DNA from: Ilumatobacteraceae bacterium
GTDB taxonomy: Bacteria > Actinomycetota > Acidimicrobiia > Acidimicrobiales > Ilumatobacteraceae
Assembly (NCBI GenBank): GCA_036804285.1
Contig: DAIRSS010000001.1
Location: forward strand, 44,615 to 108,614
Direction of reading: 5' to 3'
Length of the DNA stretch: 64,000 bases
Shown: one piece after another, positions 39,867 through 48,900 of the stretch
Position numbering within the stretch: the first letter of the stretch is position 1
Layout of the letters: each line of letters opens with the position of its first letter
Notes under the pieces: model-generated
What the model saw: only the letters and a program-made list of their open reading frames with translations
Told to the model about the DNA's origin: nothing
Databases searched by the model: none
Made by a program: the position numbers and the translations under genes

Positions 39867-40376
39867 ATGAAGTCGGCGACCCCGGCCATGGTTGCCCTCG
39901 ATGCGGCATCCATTCGTTACGTCGCACACGCCTTCGACCACGACGTCGCCATCTCGAGCGACGTGGGTTACGGCAAGGCCGCCGCGGCCGCGCTCGGCGT
40001 CTCAGAGGAGCGGGTGTTCAAGACGTTGCTCGCGCGAGCAGATCGCGACTTCGTCGTGGCGATCGTGCCGGTCAATACGACCGTGTCGCTGAAGGCGCTG
40101 GCGAGCGCGCTCGGGGTGAAGCGTTGTGAGATGGCGCGACCCGAAGATGCACAGCGTGTGACGGGATACGTCGTCGGTGGTATCAGCCCGTTCGGCCAGA
40201 AGAAGTTGCTCGCCACCGTGATCGATGAATCGTGCATTGCCTTCGACACGATCTACGTCTCGGGAGGTCGGCGAGGACTCGACCTCGAAGTGGCACCGAA
40301 TGATCTCGTCACGGTGTTGCGAGCGCGCAGTGCTGCGATCGCACAATCCGAGAATCGATCAGTCAAGGAGGGGTAA
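39867..40376 (+). CDS. ybaK: Cys-tRNA(Pro)/Cys-tRNA(Cys) deacylase YbaK
   Basis: From MKSATPAMVALDAA onward: FKTLL, VTGYVVGGISPFGQKK and IYVSGGRRGL, the YbaK/EbsC blocks. Confidence 0.85.
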   Translation: MKSATPAMVALDAASIRYVAHAFDHDVAISSDVGYGKAAAAALGVSEERVFKTLLARADRDFVVAIVPVNTTVSLKALASALGVKRCEMARPEDAQRVTGYVVGGISPFGQKKLLATVIDESCIAFDTIYVSGGRRGLDLEVAPNDLVTVLRARSAAIAQSENRSVKEG

Positions 40377-40385
40377 GGTCGCAGT

Positions 40386-41144
40386 ATGACGACAACCATT
40401 TCGAGTGAGCGACTGTCCAACCTGCGCAAGTGGAACATCGGTCTCACCGTGTTGCACATTGCCCAGGCCATTGCGATCGCGCTCATGGCGGGCAGTTTTG
40501 CCATCACCATCACCTCGACGTTCCCCGAAGGTCCTCCGGGAACGCGCATCGACACACCTGGTTCGCTCTTCGATCTCCCGATCGGTCCTGCGGTCGCGGT
40601 GTTCCTCGCGCTCGCCGCACTCGACCACCTCATCACTGCGACGGTGATGCGGGGTACCTACGAGCGCGATCTCGCTCGCGGCATCAATCGATTCCGTTGG
40701 GTCGAGTATTCGATCAGCGCGACGCTGATGTTGATCCTCATCTCGTCCTACTCGGGCATCACCGACGTCGCTGCACTGCTGTGCTTGATCGGTGCGAACG
40801 TCGGCATGATCCTCTTCGGTTGGCTGCAGGAGACCATGAACCCGCCGGACCGCACGACGACAACCATGAAGCCGTTCTGGTTCGGCACGCTCGCGGGAGC
40901 GTTGCCGTGGGTGGCGATCTGGGTCAACGTGATCGGCGCCGAGACGGTTCCGGGTTTCGTGTTCGGCATCGTGGTCGCCGAGCAGATCTTCTTCTTCAGT
41001 TTCGGTCTGAACCAGTGGTTGCAGTACCGCAAGGTGGGCAAGTGGGCCGACTATCTCTACGGAGAGAAGGTGTACCTCGTGCTGAGCTTGGCGGCGAAGT
41101 CGTTCCTCGCGTGGCAGATCTACGGCGGATCACTGGCCAACTAG
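40386..41144 (+). CDS. heliorhodopsin (retinal-binding 7-TM protein, inverted topology)
   Basis: 252 aa with 7 TM segments. In order: His24, GPPGT loop, His81, FRWVEYS (Glu107), ILFGWLQE, FWFG..PW, VPGFVFG, LQY..GKW..YL.GE and SLAAKSFLAWQI with Lys238 (AAG at 41097-41099). This pattern matches the recalled prototype 48C12. Confidence 0.9.
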   Translation: MTTTISSERLSNLRKWNIGLTVLHIAQAIAIALMAGSFAITITSTFPEGPPGTRIDTPGSLFDLPIGPAVAVFLALAALDHLITATVMRGTYERDLARGINRFRWVEYSISATLMLILISSYSGITDVAALLCLIGANVGMILFGWLQETMNPPDRTTTTMKPFWFGTLAGALPWVAIWVNVIGAETVPGFVFGIVVAEQIFFFSFGLNQWLQYRKVGKWADYLYGEKVYLVLSLAAKSFLAWQIYGGSLAN

Positions 41145-41149
41145 GCGAT

Positions 41150-41998
41150 TCAACGCGTCACGTTCTTGACGAGACCCTGGATCTCGCGCACGACCATGCG
41201 GTGATTCGCATCCAGGGTGACGGTACCCAGTGATCCACGGGCACCGAGGCTCGACACCCACGTCACCTCCCACTCGATCGACACCGTCGCGTCGAACACG
41301 CCGTCGTCCTGCGTGGAGGACGAATGGAGATACGTATACATACACGGCGAGGGGAGCGTGTCGCCGAACGCCTCGACCCAGGGAATGCCCGGCCCACGAC
41401 ACGTCACTTCGCCCGTTCCGAGCGCACCATCGCCCGGATCGAAGATCAGTTCCTTGGGTGTGGCCGTCGTCGTCACGCTCACCGGACCCGCGGGCGTCGG
41501 CACCCACGCCGTCGCGCTGATCGGGATCCACATCAAGGGGTTGACCCAGATCCAGGTGCCGAGCTTGACGATGCCGCGATGTGCAGGTGGCGCGAAGTTG
41601 CCCCACGGAGCGGGGATGTTCTCATAGACGACCGACGATGCCTGTTGGGCGAGCGTGGACGTCGAGACCTCGGGAATCCAGTGATACGTGGTCGCAGGGT
41701 CGCGATCGAGGCACGTGTAGTCGTACAAGCGATACGTGGTGGTGCCGACGACTTTGGTGACGTCATCTGCGTCGCTGTGCGTGTCGCGCGGGAGCGCCAC
41801 CGACCACTCACACTCATCGTTCGATCCATCCGACCCGGGAGGTGAGCCCCAACGAATTCCCGCCATCACGCGCGCACCATCGACGCCCGCCGACACATCG
41901 ATCGATGACGAGTTCTGCGCATCCGATGCGCGAACGGGCGAAGGGACGACGAGCCCCGTCGCGATGATGATCACACTCAGTCCACGTCGAATCCGCAC
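41150..41998 (-). CDS. hypothetical secreted protein (Trp- and Cys-containing)
   Basis: A GTG at 41998 is preceded by GGAGGAGG at 4-nt spacing. Signal peptide (M)RIRRGLSVIIIATGLVVPSPVRASD. The upstream part of the 345-aa track ORF is Arg-rich and overlaps the preceding gene. Confidence 0.55.
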   Translation of the reverse strand: MRIRRGLSVIIIATGLVVPSPVRASDAQNSSSIDVSAGVDGARVMAGIRWGSPPGSDGSNDECEWSVALPRDTHSDADDVTKVVGTTTYRLYDYTCLDRDPATTYHWIPEVSTSTLAQQASSVVYENIPAPWGNFAPPAHRGIVKLGTWIWVNPLMWIPISATAWVPTPAGPVSVTTTATPKELIFDPGDGALGTGEVTCRGPGIPWVEAFGDTLPSPCMYTYLHSSSTQDDGVFDATVSIEWEVTWVSSLGARGSLGTVTLDANHRMVVREIQGLVKNVTR

Positions 41999-42606
41999 AG
42001 GTCCTCCTCCATGTTCATCTCCGTGCCACGTGCCGACACCCACTTCCAACGGCCCGACTCGAGAGCGATCTCCCAGCGTGTGCGTGCGGAGACCACCGCG
42101 TCGTCGACGATGATCGGACTCGTCGTGAACTCGGCGGCGTCGTTCGAGTGACCAAGATCGAACAACACCACCGAGTCCAATGAGCATGTGTGCACGACGG
42201 CACGCCCGACGTCCGTCAGGTCGACGGATTCGATGCGATAGCGGAACTCGCCGACTCCGGGGAGGGTGCGAAATCCGGCCTGGCTGCGTTCAGCCATCAA
42301 GTTGGTGAGGAAACTGCGGTATTCGCTGCCGCTTGCCGTGATCTGGGCGACGGCACACCGATCAGGACGTTCACCGCAGCGTGTTCGTTCGGCGATCGCT
42401 CTCGCAAAATCCCGCGTGATCGCTTCGCGCGAGTTTGCATCGCCGACTTCATCGGGTGTCGTCGTCGATGGAGGAGACGGCTCGTCGAGCACGCTGATTG
42501 GGTCGATCTCGGCTGACACCGGCCGCCACGTGTTCGCCTCTGGATCGCGCGCACAACCGAGGAGTCCGACGAGGACGATGAGGAGTAGTGGTGATGATCG
42601 GGACAA
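41977..42606 (-). CDS. hypothetical lipoprotein (possibly an NTF2-like fold)
   Basis: Lipobox MSRSSPLLLIVLVGLLGCA. The C-terminal half alternates beta-like segments ending in WEIALESGRWKWV. Confidence 0.55.
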   Translation of the reverse strand: MSRSSPLLLIVLVGLLGCARDPEANTWRPVSAEIDPISVLDEPSPPSTTTPDEVGDANSREAITRDFARAIAERTRCGERPDRCAVAQITASGSEYRSFLTNLMAERSQAGFRTLPGVGEFRYRIESVDLTDVGRAVVHTCSLDSVVLFDLGHSNDAAEFTTSPIIVDDAVVSARTRWEIALESGRWKWVSARGTEMNMEEDLCGFDVD

Positions 42607-42717
42607 CTCTGCCTCCGCCGATAGCAGTGAAGTGACGATGGGGATGTGTGTGCAGAGTGTGGCACGAGGTACTGATTCCGTGCCCGGTCGAGGTGCAAGT
42701 TACGGACGGTAGAGTTG

Positions 42718-44841
42718 ATGAACCCCAAAATGAGCCATCCGCACCCCGACCACGAGGCCGAACAGGCCCACATCGACCGAGCGTACGACTGCCTCGAACG
42801 CTCCAAGACCGACGCCTGGCGCATCCGCGACCTGAATGAGGCGAGCACCGGCGGCACCTTCCAGGCCCGCTACGAGCGCAACGCCTTCGACGAGCAGCTG
42901 CTCGCTCGCCTCACCCAGCTGGACCTCGGGGATGCCGCCCTCGTCTTCGGGCGGATCGACCGGACCGCAGAGGGGGACTCGGGGCTCGAGAGTTTCCACA
43001 TCGGTCGTCTCGCGGTCGCGGACCTCGATCGAGAGCCGGTCGTCGTCGACTGGCGCGCGCCAGTGGCCGAGCCGTTCTATCGAGCGACGGGTCGCGAGCC
43101 GATGGGACTCGTTCGTCGTCGGCACTTCGCCGTCGAGGGCCGCACGTTGCTCGGGATCGAAGACGAATTGTTCGGCGAAGGACACCTCGGTGTCGGTCAC
43201 GATGAAGGTCTGACGAGCGTCGTCGGTCGCGAGGGCATCCGCGGCTACAGCACGCTGCTCACCGCACTCAGTCGTGGGCGCACCGGTCAACTCGGTGACA
43301 TCGTCGCGACGATCCAGTCGGAACAGGACGAGATCATTCGCGCGCCGCATGCGGGCGTGCTCGTCGTGCAGGGTGGCCCCGGAACCGGCAAGACGGTCGT
43401 CGCGCTGCACCGCGCCGCGTATCTGTTGTACACGCATCGTTTCCCACTCGAAGACCAAGGCGTGCTCGTGATCGGACCGAACCGTGTGTTCCTCCGCTAC
43501 ATCGAGCGCGTGTTGCCGTCGCTCGGTGAAGCAGGAGTCGAGCAAAAGGTTCTCGCCGATCTCGTTCCCGGTCACCGCATCGGCCTGCGTGAGTCGAACG
43601 AGACCCGTCGTGTGAAGGGTGACGTGCGCATGTCGCGTGTCGTCGCGAATGCGATCCGCGATCGCGAGCGTCCGTTGCGCGAAGACCTCGTCATTCCCTA
43701 TGGCGCGAGCAACCTGCGTCTCCGCGCCAAGGAGAGTGCTCGCATCGTCAAGGAGGCGCGTCGTCGCTATCGGCGACACAACGCCGCGTGTCGCTTCGTC
43801 GAGACCGAAGTGGTTGCTGCGATGGCTGCAACGGGCCGCAATCCCGACGTGGACCTCGAGGCGCTGCGTGAGGGCTTGCGAGACATCGTCGAGTTCCGCG
43901 CGGCGATCACGCGCATGTGGCCGATCCTCACACCCGCGGAGTTGTTGCACGATCTCTTCGGCTCATCCGCGCTCCTGCGGCTCGCGTGTGAAGACGTGCT
44001 CACCACCGACGAGCGCGACGCGTTGCATCGACCACGCAGTTCATCGCTCGGAGAAGTCGTGTGGTCGGAGAGCGACGTCGCGCTCCTGGATGAGGCGCTC
44101 GCCGGACTCGGCCCGCGGCCGCGCAAGAGCGGTCGGATCAACGAGGCCGACGAAGTTCGCTCGTATGGCCACATCGTGATCGACGAGGTGCAGGACTTGA
44201 CGCCGATGCAGTTGCGTATGGTGTCGCGTCGTTCGCTCAACGGATCGATGACGGTGGTCGGTGATCTCGCCCAGGCGACGGGGCCGTTCGCGCCGGACGA
44301 CTGGAGCGACGTCCTTCGCCATCTGCCGGACAAGCGCCAGCCGCAGGTGGTGGGTCTGAGTGTGGGCTATCGCATCCCGTCACAGATCATGGAACTCGCC
44401 GACAAGGTGATGAAGGAGGCAGCGCCGTCGTTGCGCGCGCCGACGTCTGTTCGCGACGGTGAACATCCGCCGCACATCATTCGTTCGACGTCGTTGCTCG
44501 ACGACGTTGCCACTGCAGCTGCACAGATGGTCGCCGACGTCGCCACCGGCAACGTCGCCGTCGTGTGCCCGGATCAGATGGCCGATGCGGTCTCGGCCTC
44601 GCTGACGAAAGCCGGTCTCTCGCATGGACGAGCAGGCGCGACCGCGCTCGATACCTCGCTCACCGTCGTTCCCGTGAGCGTCGTCAAGGGTCTCGAGCTC
44701 GACGGTGTCATCGTCGTCGAACCGGCAGAGATCGTGGCTGCCAATCAGCACGGTCTGCGACTGCTGTACGTGGCGCTCACGCGTTCGACGCAGCGGCTGA
44801 CGGTCGTGCACGCGGCCGATCTGCCGGCATCTATGCGCTGA
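42718..44841 (+). CDS. helD: HelD-type (helicase IV-like) RNA-polymerase-associated SF1 ATPase
   Basis: N-terminal coiled-coil region, GRIDR..FHIGR, VVQGGPGTGKTVVALHRAAYLLY, IDEVQDLTP and C-terminal VALTRSTQRL. Confidence 0.85.
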   Translation: MNPKMSHPHPDHEAEQAHIDRAYDCLERSKTDAWRIRDLNEASTGGTFQARYERNAFDEQLLARLTQLDLGDAALVFGRIDRTAEGDSGLESFHIGRLAVADLDREPVVVDWRAPVAEPFYRATGREPMGLVRRRHFAVEGRTLLGIEDELFGEGHLGVGHDEGLTSVVGREGIRGYSTLLTALSRGRTGQLGDIVATIQSEQDEIIRAPHAGVLVVQGGPGTGKTVVALHRAAYLLYTHRFPLEDQGVLVIGPNRVFLRYIERVLPSLGEAGVEQKVLADLVPGHRIGLRESNETRRVKGDVRMSRVVANAIRDRERPLREDLVIPYGASNLRLRAKESARIVKEARRRYRRHNAACRFVETEVVAAMAATGRNPDVDLEALREGLRDIVEFRAAITRMWPILTPAELLHDLFGSSALLRLACEDVLTTDERDALHRPRSSSLGEVVWSESDVALLDEALAGLGPRPRKSGRINEADEVRSYGHIVIDEVQDLTPMQLRMVSRRSLNGSMTVVGDLAQATGPFAPDDWSDVLRHLPDKRQPQVVGLSVGYRIPSQIMELADKVMKEAAPSLRAPTSVRDGEHPPHIIRSTSLLDDVATAAAQMVADVATGNVAVVCPDQMADAVSASLTKAGLSHGRAGATALDTSLTVVPVSVVKGLELDGVIVVEPAEIVAANQHGLRLLYVALTRSTQRLTVVHAADLPASMR

Positions 44842-45240
44842 CTAGGAAGTCGAGTCGACGAGCAGCTGCATGAACCGCGCGGCCTTGTCGGCCTCTGCGG
44901 GTCTGTTGCGCACCACGCTCGTGCGCGCGAGTTCGACGATGCGGAGGAGGTCCGCGACGAACTGTTCACCTTCGCTTGCAGCCTGCGGTTCGAGTGCGAG
45001 CCACACGGCCTCGATGTCGGCGAGGACCGACTTCGCTTTCGGTTTGTCCTGAGCGAACGTGGCATCGGACAGTGCGTCGAGATGGGACTGGAGGTTCGCC
45101 AACAGTTCCGTCGTCGACCCGCTCGGAATCGTCGTCGTCGACGGTGTAACGGTGGTCGTCGGGGAAGTGTTGACGATCGTGGTTGCGCAACTCGTCAGCG
45201 CGACGAAGCACGCGAGGATGGAAACGATGCGACGCATCAC
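44842..45240 (-). CDS. hypothetical lipoprotein
   Basis: Lipobox MMRRIVSILACFVALTSCA, then a Thr-rich linker and a helical domain. There is a 4-nt overlap with the ideR-like gene upstream. Confidence 0.5.
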   Translation of the reverse strand: MMRRIVSILACFVALTSCATTIVNTSPTTTVTPSTTTIPSGSTTELLANLQSHLDALSDATFAQDKPKAKSVLADIEAVWLALEPQAASEGEQFVADLLRIVELARTSVVRNRPAEADKAARFMQLLVDSTS

Positions 45241-45899
45241 GCCTGGATCATGATGCGGGCGGTGGCGAAACCATCGAGCGTGATGTCGCGATCCGCAACG
45301 CGCACGGTGCGCGAGCCGTCCATCTCGCCGGCAACGACGGTGCCAACGGCACCCGGATAGAACTTCGAGGACTCGAGGAGATCCAACATGCCGGGTGCGA
45401 CCTCGAGCTCTTCGGGGATGCGCGACACGGTGAAGCTGTCGCCGACGTGCACGGTCTCGAGCGGTGCGACGCGTTCGTCACGATGCTGTGAGCCCGGGAT
45501 CGGGTTGCCATGTGGGCAGGTCGTCGGGCTGCCGAGAAGCGTGTTCAGGGCACGCTCGACGTCCGCGCTGATCACGTGCTCCCACTTGCAGGCCTCATGG
45601 TGGGCCTGTGACCAGGACAGCTTCAGGACGTCGGTGAGGAAGCGCTCGGCGATGCGGTGGCGGCGAACGACCCGTTCGGCAAGTTGGTCACCCTTGTGGG
45701 TGAGGGTGATCTTCTGCCCGCGGATGCTCACGAGGCCCTCGGACTCCATGCGCTTGATCATCTCCGAGACCGACGGTCGGGAGACCCCGAGGCGTTCGAC
45801 GAGACGGGCCTGGATGATCTCCACGTTGTCCTCGCGCAGCTCGAAGATGCACTCGCAATATTCTTCGAACGCCGGGTGATGTTCGCCGGGCGTGGCCAT
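45237..45899 (-). CDS. ideR: DtxR/IdeR family metal-dependent repressor with a C-terminal SH3-like (FeoA) domain
   Basis: RLGVSRPSVSEMIKRMESEGLV HTH, RRHRIAERFL and HEEACKWEHV-like metal ligands. Confidence 0.9.
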   Translation of the reverse strand: MATPGEHHPAFEEYCECIFELREDNVEIIQARLVERLGVSRPSVSEMIKRMESEGLVSIRGQKITLTHKGDQLAERVVRRHRIAERFLTDVLKLSWSQAHHEACKWEHVISADVERALNTLLGSPTTCPHGNPIPGSQHRDERVAPLETVHVGDSFTVSRIPEELEVAPGMLDLLESSKFYPGAVGTVVAGEMDGSRTVRVADRDITLDGFATARIMIQA

Positions 45900-45933
45900 G
45901 CACTGAAGGATACCTATTGACTACCCTTCGGCC

Positions 45934-48900
45934 ATGGCCGACCACCAGGTTCTGGAGGGATTCTCCAAGAGCGTGAGCGCGTGGTTCGCGTCGTCGTTTC
46001 CGCAACCGACGACACCACAGATCGAGGGTTGGCCACACATCCGCAACGGCGAACACACGTTGATCTGTGCGCCGACGGGAAGCGGCAAGACGTTGACCGC
46101 ATTCCTCTCGTGCATCGACCACCTCGTCAGCGATCCATTGCCGCCGAACATCCAGCGAACGCGCGTGTTGTACATCTCGCCACTGCGTGCGCTCGCCTTC
46201 GACGTGGAAAAGAACCTGCGCGCGCCGATCGTCGGCATCCAGCACGCAGCCGAGCGGCTGGGGGAGATGTTCGTCGAACCCACCGTCGGCATCCGCACCG
46301 GCGACACCTCGAGCAAGGAACGCAAGCAGCTCGTTCGCAATCCGCCCGACATCTTGATCACGACGCCGGAGTCGCTCTTCTTGATGCTCACGTCCGCTGC
46401 CCGCGAGACACTCGCCAACGTCGACACGGTGATCATCGACGAGATCCATGCGCTCGCACCGACCAAGCGCGGCGCGCACCTGATGGTCTCGCTCGAACGA
46501 CTCGAGGAGATCACCACCAAGCCGTTCCAACGCATCGGGCTGTCGGCGACGCAGCGACCGCTCGAGGAGGTGGCACGTTTCCTCGGAGGATCGCGCGACG
46601 GGATGGCGCGCAAGGTACAGATCGTCAACGCGGGTGTGCGCAAGGAACTCGACGTGCAGGTCGTCGTTGCGGTCGAGGACATGGGCGACCTCGGCAAGCC
46701 GACGACGGAGTTGCGCAGTGGACCTGCGACGGCTGCGCTCACCGAGCGGCGTTCGAGCATCTGGCCGAGCGTCTATCCCAAGATCTTGGATCTCGTCCTC
46801 GAACACAAGAGCACCATCATCTTCTGCAACGCGCGTCGCCAAGCAGAGCGACTGGCCGCCAACATCAACGAGCTCGCCGTGGAACGAGGCGTGGGTGGAA
46901 GTGGTGTGCACGAGTTGGTCAAGGCACACCATGGATCGCTCGCTCGCGAACAACGCGTGATCATCGAGGACCAACTGAAGCGCGGGGAACTGCGCGCACT
47001 CGTCGCCACGAGCAGCTTGGAGCTCGGCATCGACATGGGCGCGGTCGACCTCGTGATCCAGGTCGAGTCACCTGGTGCGGTGAGTCGCGGAATGCAGCGC
47101 GTCGGTCGTGCAGGACACCAGGTCGGCCAGCCGAGCATCGGCAAGATGTTCCCCAAGCATCGCCACGACCTGCTCGAGGCGGCGATCGTGTCCAAGCGCA
47201 TGATGACGGGGGAGATCGAATCGACTCGATTCCTGCGCAACCCGCTCGACGTGCTCGCCCAGCAGATCGTCGCCCACGTGGCGATGAACCCGCAGATCAC
47301 TCGCGGTGCACTCGCCACGCTCCTCCGTCGTTGTGCGAACTTCGCCGACCTCTCCGATGACGTGCTCACCAACGTGCTCGACCTGTTGAGCGGTCGCTAC
47401 CCGAGTCAAGAGTTTGCCGAACTGAAGCCGCGCCTCGTGTGGGACCGCATCGAGGACACGCTGCGTGCACGCGAAGGTGCGCAACGACTTGCGGTGACGA
47501 ACGGCGGAACGATCCCCGATCGTGGACTGTTCGGCGTGTTCTTGCCCGATGGCACACGCGTCGGCGAACTCGATGAAGAGATGGTGTACGAGACGCGACC
47601 CGGCGAGACGTTCATCCTCGGTGCAAGCACGTGGAGGATCGAGGACATCACCTTCGATCGCGTCACGGTGAGTCCCGCGCCGGGTCAACAGGGCAAGATG
47701 CCGTTCTGGCACGGAGATGGCCCCGGCAGGCCGCTCGAACTCGGCCGTGCGTTCGGCGAATTCATTCGCACCATCCGCGAACGGGACGGTGCGAATGCCT
47801 ATGACGAACTCGTCGGTCGTCATGGCCTCGATGATCTCGCCGCGCGCAACGTCGTGCAGTACCTCGCCGAACAGGCGGAAGCCACGGGTTCGGTACCGAA
47901 TGACCGCACGATCGTCGTCGAGCGATTCCGCGACGATCTCGGCGACTGGCGCGTGTGCATCCACAGTCCCTTCGGCACACCGGTCCATGCACCGTGGGCG
48001 ATGGCGATCCAGCATCGACTGAGCACTCGCTTCGAGGTGCCCGTCGACACGATGTGGAGCGACGACGGGATCGTCATTCGCTTGCCGGAGGCAATGGAGG
48101 AGTTGTCCGTCGACGACATCGCACTCGATCCGACCGAGGTGCACGACGTCGTCGTCGCAACCCTGCCGCAAACGTCGCTCTTTGCCGCACGATTCCGCGA
48201 ATGTGCTGCTCGTGCGCTCCTGCTCCCACGGCGCAGGCCGGGTCAGCGCACTCCACTGTGGCAACAGCGCCAGCGAGCGGCAGATCTGCTCGCCGTCGCC
48301 GCCAAGTATCCGACGTTTCCGATCTTGCTCGAGACCAGTCGCGAGTGCATCCAGGACGTCTTCGACGTGCCTGCGCTCGCCGAGGTGCTCACCCAACTGC
48401 ACAGTCGCGCGATCGCACTCGTCACCGTGGACACACCAAAGCCGTCGCCATTCGCCCAGAGCTTGTTGTTCAACTGGATCGCCACGTACATGTACGAAGG
48501 CGATGCGCCACTTGCCGAACGGCGCGCAGCCGCGCTGTCGCTCGACCGCGACCTGTTGAACGACCTGCTCGGCACGCAGGAATTGCGCGAACTGCTCGAC
48601 CCGCAGGTGTTGATCGACGTCGAATGTGAACTGCAGTGTCTCGTCGAGTCGCGCCAGGCGAAGAGCTCGGATGAAGTGCACGACCTCCTCCGTCGACTCG
48701 GTGATCTCACGCTCGAAGAGATCGAGTTGCGCAGCATCGGTGACGCACAAGCGATGGTCGATGGTCTCGTGGCTGACATGCGCGCGATTGCCGTGCAGAT
48801 CGGTGGGGAGGAGCGCCTCATCGCAGCCGAGGACGCGGCTCGCTATCGCGATGCGCTCGGCTGTGCGCTTCCACTCGGCTTGCCGAGTGCATTCACGGAT

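Noticed and set aside
40386-41144. Reading the 7-TM ORF as a type-1 microbial rhodopsin (proteorhodopsin or actinorhodopsin type)
   Set aside because: It lacks the TM3 RYxDW and DTx/NDQ motifs and the TM6 WxxYPxxW. The lysine context (SLAAKSFLAWQ) and the FRWVEYS glutamate fit heliorhodopsin instead.
40430-41233. 267-aa alternative plus-frame ORF overlapping the heliorhodopsin gene
   Set aside because: It is Arg/His/Gly-rich with no TM segments or motifs. The 40386 frame gives a coherent seven-TM protein with family motifs.
42700-43950. 416-aa minus-strand ORF
   Set aside because: It is antisense to helD.
45900-45933. IdeR/DtxR iron box in the ideR-lhr spacer
   Set aside because: It contains only an imperfect GAAGG...CCTTC repeat and does not resemble the TTAGGTTAGSCTAACCTAA consensus.
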